Assembly (NCBI GenBank): GCA_003344405.1 | Contig: NOWV01000136.1 | Location: forward strand, 124,001 to 188,000 | Direction of reading: 5' to 3' | Source of the DNA: Trichoplax sp. H2 | Lineage: Eukaryota | Length of the DNA: 64,000 nucleotides | In this document: positions 15,743 to 29,480 of the stretch, in pieces | Layout: the number at the start of each line of letters is the position of its first letter | Position numbering within the stretch: position 1 is the stretch's first letter | Made by a program: the position numbers and the translations under genes | The notes under the pieces: model-generated | What the model was told of the DNA's origin: nothing | The model's database searches: none | What the model saw: the letters and a program-made list of their open reading frames with translations, nothing else

Positions 15743-16319
15743 TCTGCACTATCACAAACACTTTACTCTACTAGCAGACTACACAAAGACTTAAACGCCT
15801 CGTATTTTACGTTAAACACTAAGTTGGACAATTCTTCTTTATTTCACGATATACTGCATTTATATACTATTCCTCAATAGTTCATGAGTCATAGTTAATA
15901 CAATTAACATTAGAATCATTTACTGAATTAGATATTAATTTTAGCTACTGCTCCCTTAATGCAGACAACAGTATTTACGAACATAGACATATAATGACTA
16001 ATNNNNNNNNNNNNNNNNNNNNCAATTTGAATAGACGATCAAACGCCCTTTCTTTAGATTAGGCATTTGCTCTATAGGGCTACTTCTATAGTAATCTATA
16101 TAATACCTTGTAAAATAATGAAGAAGAAAAGATGGCGACATGATGATTTGGCAGGGTAAAACTTAAAGACACTATCACTTTCTAGGTATTTTGTATAGTA
16201 AAATAATACTAATTACATACTAAAAACTACAAAGGACTCTACTTTTAGTCCTTTTACTACAAATAGAATTATCCTAACATTGATATTTCTACTGTAGTAC
16301 AGTATATAACACTGTAACA
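15743..16319. mobile_element. Probable LTR-type insertion C (only one end visible)
   Basis: Sequence ending ...CTGTAACA at 16319 joins GTGACATACAG; the same flank occurs without it at 15566-15722. The other junction is lost in gaps. Confidence 0.55.
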
Positions 16320-19300
16320 GTGACATACAGCATAGTTTGTAGGAGTAGACATTGACGCTCAAAAGTATTGGAAAACTATTATTAGCTGTCGGTAGATAAT
16401 GAACGTTTAAGTACTGTCTTTTTCTCTAGTTTGATGGATGTTGAAAGGGCTATAATTATTGAAATAGAAAAATATGGCCAAGATGTGCCTTAGTAACACC
16501 AGCCAATCACAATTTTTTTAATACCGGACACGGAAATGCAAGAATAATTATCAGTACTTCGCTTACCAGTCTATTTACTGTAATTAATGCTAATATGACG
16601 TATATCGCAGCTGACAGTAATAATATCTCGAACGTCGCTAATAATAAATATATGCAAGTAGGATCATAATAACAATATGCACATTTTTACTTTCAAACCA
16701 CCATAATCTAGCCTATTGTAAGATACATTAGTGATTGATATGATTATTTCATGATATAATAGTGCAGCAAAATGCAGCTGAAGATGGATAGAACACTATT
16801 AATAGAGATAGATATCATATCAGGGCAAACTATAAATAAAAAATTCGAACTATATAGATATGATACAATCACGGAAAACAATTTTAGGTAGATCCCTATT
16901 TTAACATCCGAACTACTATCCTAAACGTCTTTTTTCAAAGTATAATTCGTATATCGGCATGAATTGTCTAGTTTAGTTAAAAATATTAATATTGTAGATT
17001 AAACAAAGTTACAGTGTTACAATCTACAGTAATAGAACCTTAAGTAATCAACTTAGAATAAAAATAAATGCACTAAAGTATATCGGGAAGATTACTACTA
17101 CAGTATCTACTGATTAGCATATGGAACTGTCCATTAGATATATATTATAATGAATTATTTGGAGGAAATAGATCGAAGAAAGTTTGATACTCGGCACTTG
17201 CATTTTAAAATTTCATGGTCTCATGAAGCTGACTAGTTGCTTTGGTATTTGCTTACAATTGGAATTAATGATAGTTAGCTGATTTAGGACGAAAAAATAA
17301 TATCATAATTAAGATCTGCTTTTTTAGTAGAATTGATCAAGTCACCAGGAATATACACACCGTCAATGTAAACAAGCCGAGCTTTATGCAAACTAATTAA
17401 CGGCATAAAATTATTCTTTTAATACAATTCTGGGTATAATACAAAATTAACACCCAATACCATAGTATCTATACCTTGATCCTACCACAATGGCAAAAAT
17501 GTCTTATACTAATATTTTGTTAACCTATTTTAATAGTAAGTAGAAAATATTGTTCGCGATATGATTATTTACAATTCATATTTAATGAAACTACGGCATT
17601 ATTTAGTACAATGGCGCTTTATTTTTGAACACATTGATAACAATATGAGGCAATGCTTGTTGTAATATATAAGATTGCAGCTATAAATTCTTGTTAACAC
17701 ATATATACAAACTTCTGACGTCTTATTATACGTCAATAATTTTATTATTTATTGATTTTAATGCCTTTATTTTAATAATAAATTTATTTTTAACACTCGA
17801 TCTGGATAATAAATGCAGCAGATGTGTCTTGCTTATTAAAAGGAGCTAAATACGATCATTCTTTCATTATTTGATATAATCGTTTAAATTAGCCTAGCAT
17901 AAAGAATCACTGATCACTAAGCAATAAATATATACTAAAATTGATAATAGATGTCGAAAATATACATTATGCCAAAAGGAAATGGTTACAGCAACTAATA
18001 ATTTTATTAGTAATTCCTTTACCATAGTATTCATATTAAAGACTATGAAAAAATATGCAATTATTTTACTTGTTTATAAACAATTAAAGATTTACTTTGT
18101 TAAGTGTAAAGAAGCCAGTACTGTATGTTATTCGATATAAGTCTAAGCTATATTTTATCTTTTAAAATTGATATTACGATGTGGCATATAAAGCCTAACG
18201 GATACTGTTTATTAAAAAATCTAATGTAGTATGAAATCAATGCGTCACGATCAGATCGAAATCGATAATACTGTAACTACATCGTATAGTTAACTACATC
18301 AGTAAATATTATATTAATTGAAATGTACGAAAAAATTTTGTGCCAGTAACTAATGTACTGTATAGTAAGTATTTAAGCACAGTAATCTGAAATTCTACGT
18401 CTTATCGAAGGTAACTCTGTATTAATAATGTAATTGATTAAAAAACTAATTAAACGCCACAAATATATCTAGTATCGAAATTTCATAATAAGATAAAGTA
18501 AAATATCTAAATATAAACTTAAGGTCGCGAATTCTAATTTTATGAAAGTGATCTATCTGATTGAAAGCTATGCAAACGAGCAATTCCTTTTGCCGCTTTC
18601 AAAACATATTCTACGATAATAGCTTTAATGATTTTACTGGACGGCTTTACAACAATACCATACAATATCTATATATAAATGTTAGTTACGGTGTCTTATG
18701 TAATATCTAAATATAATTGTTTTTTTCTTAGCTTAATCTACTTCTTGACTAATGATATTCGTACGCTATAATATAGAGAAAGATTGACAGAGCTACAAAA
18801 CAAATTTCTCTAATGCTAGTCGATTTAAGTAAATAATATGATAAAGTTTAGTGAACTGTAAGACGTCTAAATATAAATATAATAATGTCATTTAATAGTT
18901 TCTTTTTGGACAAATAAGGAAATGTTTAACCTGATCTAGTAAAGCTATAGTTAAGTTTTAGATGATCAAATATTAAGACTCAATAACAAGATAAAGCCCA
19001 GCGAACCATGAATAATAACAAAACAAAAAAATTTCTATTATTTGTTGACTAAAAAAGAAAGATCATTTATTAATATGCAAATGATTGTAGTGAATTAACT
19101 TAAAATTATAAATAGTAAACAAAAAAATTACAATTTTTCATTTCGTTCTACACAGGAAGCGAATAAGACTTATGTAGCGAAGTGAAGTTTCTAAACTATC
19201 AAAATTACTCCGTTACACTAACTAATTGGCTACTAAATATCGTTTTAGTAGTCAGTGTAATATCGAAATCAATACATAAAAATGATTCAACGATCATGTT

Positions 19301-20475
19301 TGTACATTGATATAGATAGTAATATTAACCATTATCCATAAACTCAGTTCTTTTTTATACTACGCTCTACGTGAACGCAATCGATTCAAAGTACATGCTT
19401 AAGCTGGATACTTGATCTATATCATCCATCATTCGACAATCTATAAGTTACCTTTGTTAAAAGCAAACAATAAGAGCTTAAGGTGTTTATAATTGAAATG
19501 TTTATTATACATAGACATTATAATTGCACACGCAAATACTGTGAAATCAATAAAAATGATTGATGGCATATAAATTTGAATAGCACAATGACCATTATAT
19601 TCATCGTTTGACGTACTAGATTAAAGAAATTGTATAGTATTTTTACAATGTTATTGTATTTAAAAATTACAGGATATACACCGACAAATACGATACATTA
19701 GTGATGTTGATTTCTTTTGCACTTTTCGCAGTCCTAAACTGTCTATAATAAACATCTTTTAAAAGTTACATTTTCTGAAATTACTGCGTTCCATTTATAC
19801 ATACCATTTATTATTGAATTATTATACATACTTAATTATCAGACTAAAGTAATAGGGAGGCTATACCGTAATTAATGTTTCTGTTTGTATAATTAGAGAT
19901 CAGCTCAGAATGAATTTCAAATATGATTATAGCAGTAATGACGTAAAAAAGCCCTTTCTTGAATATTGTATTTGATTAATTTAACAAAGATTATTTTTCT
20001 TTAGTAAATGGATTGCTTCATATCTACAAAATAATAATCTGCAATATTCTACGCAGCGTATTTCGGAAATCAGCTTATTTGTCTATATTTGTTGACTTTC
20101 ACTGAGCATGATTAGTTCCTTATAAACCAGGCTATAGTGACAATTTAAAAACAATCTCGGTAAATGGGCCAATGTCTGTCAAATTATAATATCATTATTT
20201 CTTCCAGTAGTTTGTGAAATAACTTGCTGACAATTACTATACGTACCGTAACATTATTCATGCGAGCGTATGCATACTCTACGGTAACTAATTCAGGAAG
20301 CTAACCAAAGTTTGCAAGTAGATTTCGTACAGAATCCCAGTTTAATATAGCAATTATTACTAATATAAATTTATGAGTTATTATTAAATTAATAGTTGAT
20401 TATAGATTGGCATATAAAAGTATCTGCATGAAAGTTAACCGACGCTATGTAAAAGCTCCTTAATTCTTAATATGC

Positions 20476-21768
20476 TGTAATGTAACTTAGTATTGTGATT
20501 GTAGACTGTTAGCCATGTGTAGTATAATGTACGGTAGATATTTATCCTAAGAGATATTTGGTAGCTGTAACTATAGACTGTAGTGGTAGAGACTCTATGC
20601 TAGAGTACAGATGACTATATACAGTAAGCTGTTGAGTTACTAATATGGCTATAGGTAAAAATAGAACTGTAAATCATATATTAGGATATGGTTAATTCAT
20701 TGTACTTTGGCTGGTGTGAATAATGTCTACGTAAGTACTGTAGTCGTATCCATATTGGATTAATGATGGTCCGCAGTAGAATAGTCTTACTAAGAATAAT
20801 TTAACTATGTGTAAAATAAGGTAAAAGGTTGCCATGCGGATTGTAGCTGCGAATGCTACGAAAAGTATAAAAGCNNNNNNNNNNNNNNNNNNNNAGAGAT
20901 CAGCTCAGAATGAATTTCAAATATGATTATAGCAGTAATGACGTAAAAAAGCCCTTTCTTGAATATTGTATTTGATTAATTTAACAAAGATTATTTTTCT
21001 TTAGTAAATGGATTGCTTCATATCAACAAAATAATAATCTGCAATATTCTACGCAGCGTATTTCGGAAATCAGCTTATTTGTCTATATTTGTTGACTTTC
21101 ACTGAGCATGATTAGTTCCTTATAAACCAGGCTATAGTGACAATTTAAAAACAATCTCGGTAAATGGGCCAATGTCTGTCAAATTATAATATCATTATTT
21201 CTTCCAGTAGTTTGTGAAATAACTTGCTGACAATTACTATACGTACCGTAACATTATTCATGCGAGCGTATGCATACTCTACGGTAACTAATTCAGGAAG
21301 CTAACCAAAGTTTGCAAGTAGATTTCATACAGAATCCCAGTTTAATATAGCAATTATTACTAATATAAATTTATGAGTTATTATTAAATTAATAGTTGAT
21401 TATAGATTGGCATATAAAAGTATCTGCATGAAAGTTAACCGACGCTATTTAAAAGCTCCTTAATTCTTAATATGCTAAACTGTGTTACCATATCATCTTG
21501 CCAGTGGTCATATTTTGTCGTTGTCATAGCGTATAATTTCCACAATTCACTAATAAATTTACTGAGAACTTCAAATTGAACATGATATATATATATTCTA
21601 AAATTTAACAGATCAAATNNNNNNNNNNNNNNNNNNNNTTAGTTCGTTCTAGAAGTCTTTAGAAGTAGTATTCGGCTAGAGTAGAGCTGTGTAGTTAATC
21701 TTTGTATAAGATTCAATAAAGCCCTTATTTTTCTAAAATTTGGAATTTCGTGATTGGTATATATCACA
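20476..21768 (+). mobile_element. LTR-type insertion A (split by gaps; the empty allele is assembled in between)
   Basis: TATGC|TGTAATG at 20476 and TATATCACA|TATGC at 21768; the empty allele has a single TATGC at 21471-21475; AATAAA near the 3' end (21715-21720). Element sequence is visible only at 20476-20874 and 21639-21768. Confidence 0.8.
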
Positions 21769-22850
21769 TATGCTAAACTGTGTTACCATATCATCTTGCC
21801 AGTGGTCATATTTTGTCGTTGTTATAGCGTATAATTTCCACAATTCACTAATAAATTTACTGAGAACTTCAAATTGAACATGATATATATATATATTCTA
21901 AAATTTAACAGATCAAATTACTAGATAAGTAACCTCGAACAAGTATATTCTATTCAAATTATGCGTGTTTTGTACTTATCTAAAATTTTATATATCTGCC
22001 GATATTATAGCATATTCCACCATCCTAAAGATGCCTTCTCTGTCTGTCATAAACACTGTATATTGTATGCAAATGTGTTACTGACCATCAAATTCTATTC
22101 TTTAGCATAATATCTTGCCTACATTAACACACTATGTTACGTAAAACGGAGAACTTTATCTATTATAGACTAAGATCGTGTATAGAGCAATCAATCAGTT
22201 AAATGATATTCTCTAGGTTAAACCTATTTAAAGCTATCTGTGATGGAGGGTTCAATGTCTCAGAAGATTGAGATTTAGTCGCCATTTACAATTATTACAC
22301 CAAAGGGGTTTATAAAAGTTATGCTTTATTGTAGGTTAGTAATGTGAAGTACAGTGAGGTAGTTACGGTAGATCAGCGTGCAAGCTGTCGTGAGTAACGA
22401 GTAGAAGTATTAGACTGTGAGAGACTAACTAGAAGACTAACTGAGAGGCTAACGAAGTCTGAGGTAGAAATCACCGGTATTTGTAGTTTTAAAGATAGAG
22501 CACATGCGGAGAATAGGATTGTGGAATTAGATACAACATATACCATAACAGGTTACAAAATAGCAGATGATTGTAGAAAACAGAGAGTACCGTAATAACT
22601 AAATACAGTAGTCTATATATGAATTTAGAGTAAGCGGACTATAGATCTGTCTAAATATAAGAGCAATACAACATGTCTATATTTAAGAGTAGAATATAGT
22701 TACAGTATATTCTAAATACACTACTCCATCTCTTCTAACTACTTACATTTCATAACAGCAGGTTATAGTATGACGTATGTTTGCAATCATATACCACATT
22801 CATAAATATTGAATAAGCAATTTCCTTCTTTATAAACCAAGGAATATAGC

Positions 22851-23433
22851 TGTCACAACCCTCACTTGTGGCAAAGGAAAGTAAAGAACTCTAGTGTAGT
22901 TACTTAAAACTTTGGGCTATTTCTCCCAGTACTTTCAGTTTCTATGAGAGAAGTATTTGAGAACTCGATTTCTCGGCTGATCTCCACAGACAACTGACTA
23001 ATTATTACACTATTCTTCACGATATGAGTCTTGCCGTTTCTTGAGCAATTACTTTTTTATTCTACAAACATACGCGCTTAAATAGGTTTCTACAGTGAAT
23101 TCCAATATTAACGAGTGAGAATTCATGCTTTACAAGTTACATTAATTAGTATAATACCATTACTAAATATATACATGTCGATATTCTCAGATTTAGATAG
23201 CTACAAGCTATCAGGTGTTAAGACGCTTAACCTTCGTCCATGTACAGCTCAATTTTTAGAGATTAACATACCTTATAAACCTACAGTAAATTAACTGCTA
23301 ACAACTTCTATTTTTATCTCATTTCTACCATCCTATTATCAGCTACAAGCGCATTAAAACATAGCACATAACCTTATCTTATCTATTCATAAGCATTCAT
23401 TAATTTACAGTTACTTAATTAGTAACGGCGTAC
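22851..23433 (-). mobile_element. Solo-LTR-like insertion B (~590 bp)
   Basis: ATAGC|TGTCAC at 22851; the other end GTGACA|ATAGC is on the displaced contig (46261-46272), which overlaps 23334-23433 exactly; the empty allele has a single ATAGC at 23740-23744. Confidence 0.85.
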
Positions 23434-24129
23434 NNNNNNNNNNNNNNNNNNNNATAGCAGATGATTGTAGAAAACAGAGAGTACCGTAATAACTAAATAC
23501 AGTAGTCTATATATGAATGTAGAGTAAGCGGAGTATAGATCTGTCTAAATATAAAAGCAATACAACATGTCTATATTTAAGAGTAGAATATAGTTACAGT
23601 ATATTCTAAATACACTACTCCATCTCTTCTAACTACTTACATTTCATAACAGCAGTTTATAGTATGACGTATGTTTGCAATCATATACCACATTCATAAA
23701 TATTGAATAAGCAATTTCCTTCTTTATAAACCAAGGAATATAGCATACAGTGAGTAGACATAAATGAATTTGTAACTATTGTAGAAATAGCCTTCCCTAA
23801 ACTAAACGTAGTGAGATTCAAGGATTTGAACAACTGTTGATATAGTTTTCTAAATGTAAAGTATCGTGTATTGAAGTAATATAATGTAGATATCTGGCAG
23901 TTAAAGTAATTTACAGCTGTCTGTACATGTACATTTCATACTGAATTTAACTTGAAATATGTTCTTGGAGTGATATACGCTGCATGTTCATATGAAGTTC
24001 TTCGCTCGTTTCTATAACAGTACCTTATTTCTATTAGAATTCTTAATCTCCTTTTCCATATTTAGTGATCGTGAAAACTTTAAATTGTATAAAATCATAT
24101 ATTTAATGCTATAAAGTATATTTACAATC

Positions 24130-24910
24130 ATGCGCGGATTGTATAAATATTAAAAGAGCATTTTCGTCTTTTAATTATTAACTAAAGATTGGAGTTTAGG
24201 GTTGCTTTATACGAGCCAGTATAAATATATACTAGTACATATTTATGGTGCAAATGACACATTTTTAGGTTAAGCCTGGCGAGAATAATTTTAAAGTACT
24301 CTATAGTCTACATTGTATAAAGTTTGCATTCAGTGGTAGATGTATCATTGCAATCTTACTCCTTAAGCATAGAAAAATAATAAGTATTTTTGTTTGCTTT
24401 AGACTAACCATCATGATGTATTGCAAAAATAGCAGTTTTTAGGTTAAAACTGGTACGAGTATTATTTCAGATTACATTGCAATATTAAAGCATGCTTTCA
24501 GTGCTACGATGCACAGTTGTAGTCATGAATGGGTCGTATGAATATTAAAAGAGCAATTTCGTCCATTATAGGCAAAAGACCGTAGTGTTAAATCGCAAGA
24601 TGCGAGTAAATTTTTATCGTTAAATATTTATTTTGGAAATATTTCCTACATTTAACCTTGCAAGAGTAATGTTTCAGACAATCTCTATAATATGCATGGA
24701 ACGATTCGATGCGTAGCAAAAATCGTATACCGCTTGTATAAATATATAATGAGAAATTTCGTCCTTTGTATGCTAAAGATGGCTACTTAGAGTAGGTATA
24801 GACAATTAAAATTTGTAGCCGTTAGTAGAAATAGCGTTCTAGGATTTTTAGCTTAAGCCTAGCAAGAGTTGTCTATTGCAGATTACTTTGTGCATAAGCA
24901 TTGATTCAGT
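24130..24910. repeat. Degenerate ~190-200-bp tandem repeat, ~4 units
   Basis: Recurring AATATTAAAAGAGCA.TTTCGTC and TTTTAGGTTAAGCCT..C.AGA motifs. Confidence 0.55.
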
Positions 24911-27364
24911 GGTATAATGGCTAATTCCAAACATATACACTATGTCGAGCTTTCATTAAAAATATACACAGCACTTTAGCAAGATAATATTATCACTATA
25001 TCATCATTAATGCACGGTATAAATAAACTAGCGATAGACAAATTATTTTATTGTATAAAGTCAAAATTGCGTGATGCCATACAGCCTAAATACGCCACTC
25101 AACCTAATAGGCGGTTTGTATCCTTAACTAAGCAGACTTCCTAATATTTGTATCCTCCCTTACATTAGTAAAATGGTTATTAAGTAGCTTAGCCTTGAGT
25201 AACTCTCCCAAGTGGACCTAACTATCCGTCTCTAGGACTTCTATAATTACGATAGCTACCATACTTTTTGAATCTCCTTATATTACACATGGTACAAATG
25301 AACATTTAAAGAGAATCTTATCCATGTTGACAAAAAGTTCATAGTGCAAATTTTTGTCATTATTTGCAGGAACAAACATTCTCTAACGTTCTTTAATCTA
25401 AACATAACAAGTTGCGCTTTAAAGATTACTTTATATTATAAAAATAAATATTCAATTATATGTCACTTCATTATAATATTTAATAGATTTTAAGTAGCCT
25501 CACCAGTAGTTTTGCTGTAGAAACCTATAATACACCTATTGAATTTTATGCATCCTTAGTCACGCTAAAGGGGAGAAGTTTTCTATACAGATTTAGGCCA
25601 TTGTCACAAATTTTCTTCTTTGTGAACCGTTCACTCCTCTAGTAAGTAATATCCTAATGCTCTCGAGGTACGCATAGGTAATCGATTACTCGAAAAGTAT
25701 TCAGTAGTAAGTTTATTATCTCGCTCAACGAGCCTTCATGACTACTAAATTTCGAAACAATTAGTCATTAAGAGCTCGCTCCTTTCATACTCTCTGAGCC
25801 TCGGAGCTCTGCAAAATTTCATAGGTGCAAGTAATTACCTGTTAGATTACTTAATACAAAACTATATTCATCAACTGTCCGAAGTGCAATAGTGCATTTA
25901 CAACTAAAGTTAATATTCCAAATTCAATTAACAATTAATGATCATATTTCATTGTCGTAAGTAATTACCTTACGGTGGCAAAGCACCGTAGCAGCCCCGT
26001 AAATTTCGCTCGCAACTTAGAAATTGCTATTGTAGCGTAAAAATATTGATAAATAAATTTTCTGGTAAGAGATTTTCATATAATGATATTTTTATTGCAT
26101 GATGTTATTTTATAAATGCCTACGCTCTAAAGAACTTAGCAGATGGATATTTCAAAAATTTCTTTACGTGGGAATTTACAATATTCTAAATGTTAAACTT
26201 GCTATTGCCTGATCATTAAATATGAAAGACAGTTAGTTCATCAAAATATTGTATAAATAATGAATTGAATAATGAAATTTAGATACGAGAATATCCGCAA
26301 GTAGAACTATGGCATTGCTTAATGGCAAAGTTAGAAAGAAATATGTTCAACTTTTAAATATTTGGTAGATAGTTGCGTACAGTATGGTATTTGGATTATG
26401 ACAAGTTCCTGCTCCTAGACAACTGATATTAAGGGCAATTAAAATCGTTAGCATTATAAATTTCTAATTTCGATATCCTATAAATCGACTTCATTTTAAA
26501 TCTGATAAAGATCACAGCTTACAGACATTCAGTGGGTGATGTTTTATTAGAATTGCGAAGGCCTATGGAGATAGATGATCATTAATTATCGATATCGTGG
26601 ACGATGTTAAATAGCCTTAGAATAATATTAATTTATTCCATTGCCTAGATGCTTAGACAACCTATAGTGTTCATTTCTAAATCATTAACTAGCATATATA
26701 TCTAGCTGTAATGCATTCGGAAGGTCAATTAACCTATTAATTAAAAATGATACCTTCTACGTAGAGATCTTAACGTAATAATCACCATTTTTGGCCATCG
26801 CTGATGCATTGCCAATTGAAAGTTTAAATATTTCATATCTTAATTATGATCCCTCCTGTTACAAATATAATACCTCATAAATAGTGGAGGTAACTTTCGA
26901 TTAATATGCCCTAGATACCGACATATAACAAGCAAAGCCAGTATAAATACTTAAGGGGAAAAGTAAACAGCAAATAGTTAAATTATTCGACCAATGCATC
27001 TAAACTTGCAATTTTATTTTAGAATTGTAAACGATTCCAGAGCGTTTTTCATTCCTAGCTGATATAAAGTTATGAAAAGTGTTATATTCAATTTGTACTA
27101 CTTCTTAAGTGAGAATTTTACTTAATTTGCCTCAGTAAAGTATATCATATATAAAATAAACTCTAATGCTGTAAATACGAATTACTGTAGCAGGGAATTT
27201 TCAATACAGTTTCTGTTCCTCCAGAAGCTAGTGCTGGAAGTGCAAATCATTTGTATGATAGAACAGTTATCATTATTAATAATTAGATATGCATGGCCAA
27301 GACGGCAATGGTAAATATCCGTCAAAAGAACGCTTTAGTAAGCCTTATTAATATTAAATATGCC

Positions 27365-27930
27365 TAGACATTTATTGTTGAAATTAGGCATTTTTGGCGA
27401 CAAGAAAGTCTAATTTTAAACTATAAAAGCAACCAAATAATCCATTGTAATCTGATCTCGGATATATTTAATGAAATGGTAAAAACAATTGTATACCTCG
27501 GCCATCATCAATTTTCAGTAAGAAGGAGAACAAGACCTGTTTTCATCTATAGGTTTCGTTTTATTCCTTTTCTTACTTTGTACTTACATGATCACATGCT
27601 AATAAAAAATTAGTATGCAAATTTCATAACAATATGAGACTTAGACTTTATTGTTGAAATTGGATGTTTTTAGCGACAAGAAACCTAATTTTAAACTAGA
27701 ATAGCAAACTAAATGTAATCCATTGAAATATGATCTCGAATATTTTTATTAACATGATAATAAAAACTATTATATACCTTTACTATCCTAAAATTTTATT
27801 AAGTTTGGGAGAATATGATATACTTTTTACGAGTAGATTTCGTTTTATTCATTTTCTGACTTCATACTGATATGATAACACGTTAAATAAAAGTTATTAT
27901 TCAAATTTCTCAACAACATAAGACTTGTAT
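27365..27930. repeat. Diverged ~277-bp tandem duplication
   Basis: TTTATTGTTGAAATT...GCGACAAGAAA...TAATTTTAAACTA at ~27371 and ~27647. Confidence 0.75.
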
Positions 27931-29157
27931 GATTAGCGTTGCCTAATACAAATAGAACATTAAACCATTATCGGTTATTGCCATATTAGATCAAGTCCTT
28001 CAACTTCTCATCACTAAAAGGCAGAAGACAGTTATGTAATATGCTGTACAGTGATAAATTAGCTTTAGCTTCTTTATTTATATTGTCTTTACTAGAAATC
28101 GCATCTTGATTAATATTATAAGTATTCTCTTCAAGCATTTTATTCAAGCAGATATAAATATGCTTTCTATAAATCATAAACGATATTATACAATAAGCGA
28201 TGGAAATATATTCTATTCTTAGTTCACCTTTAGCCAACTATTTATCTTATTTTACTAGAAAAACATTTTTACTAATATTAGAAATATTCTATTCGAGTAT
28301 TTATTCGAGTCAGCTTGCGCATAATTCTCATAAATCTTAAACAACATAACATAATAAGCAATAAAAATATGTCTTTATTCTATAACATAAAGACCTTCCA
28401 GAGTACGGACTATTATTGTGTACGCATATGCACCTTATTTCCATGCTAGCGTAGAAAGGCATATATAGCTATTTCATGCATAATTGTTGTTAGACAGGAA
28501 TGCATATACATGATATTATTCAGAATATTCTCCTAAACAGAGTTGGATAACTTAATAAAGTGATCCTCAAACAATACTTTTAATCTATAAATCTTTAATA
28601 AATCTAATTGTCAATCAACGATAGCATTTAATTTAGCATTAAGGCTTCGTACCAGGGCCTTATTATTAACATTGAACTAAATTCTAGTTCTAAATCAATC
28701 TATCACACTTTATATCATTCACAAGTCATATTTTCCAGATATTGCAAAAGTTTTATACTAATTTCTAGCTGACTGATGCAACTTTAAGAATGCTTTTATA
28801 GTTGATTTTTAATCTTGTCTGAGTTGGGAAAGTTTTGCTATCGTTAACCTAGGAATAGAATATCAAACATATAAGAATAGTTTCCACTTTAATTGTATCA
28901 TGAAGACATACTCTATTAGCGTATATTTTGAGAATTATATTTATTTACTGATCTATAGTTTATGTAATCTATTATCGGACTCATTGTCCTTAGAATAAAA
29001 TGAAATGCATTAAATATTCCCTTATCGAATGAAATCATGCATAGATGATTTGGTTTTAAGATTATACTTAATCTCATGTTAATATTATCCTCATGTTAGT
29101 CGGGCAATATTTCCGCTTGACAACACCAGTTGAAGCATTCCTTGGTGAAGAAGAAAG

Positions 29158-29433
29158 GTGAGTTTTTAATGTAGCTAAAAATGGTTATACTTTATGCAGA
29201 AATTTTAGTAAAATTTTATCATGCAAACGAGATATAAAATAAATGTTTATTTCTAAACTCATGCGGTTAGTAACTAACTGTGTGACTGATTAAACTTCTT
29301 TCCTATCCTATCGCCCTCGTCATTAAACTCCTAGATTTACCATTTAGCTTCTCATCATTTGTAGTCGAAATATGCTATATAGTGCGTAAGGTGGCTATTA
29401 AAATAAATATTAATTTCAACTTGATATTTTCAG
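29158..29433 (+). other. Probable 5'-UTR intron of the GPCR at 29481
   Basis: Consensus donor AAG|GTGAGT at 29158 and acceptor TTTTCAG ending at 29433, 47 nt before the ATG. Confidence 0.55.
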
Positions 29434-29480
29434 TTCCAGTTTCTTCATTATTAGCCTTGGAACTACAACTGCAACAAGAC

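Noticed and set aside
29382-29480. N-terminal extension of GPCR 2 from the ORF track
   Set aside because: GTG start that spans a likely splice acceptor at 29433; the ATG at 29481 gives a normal GPCR N-terminus.
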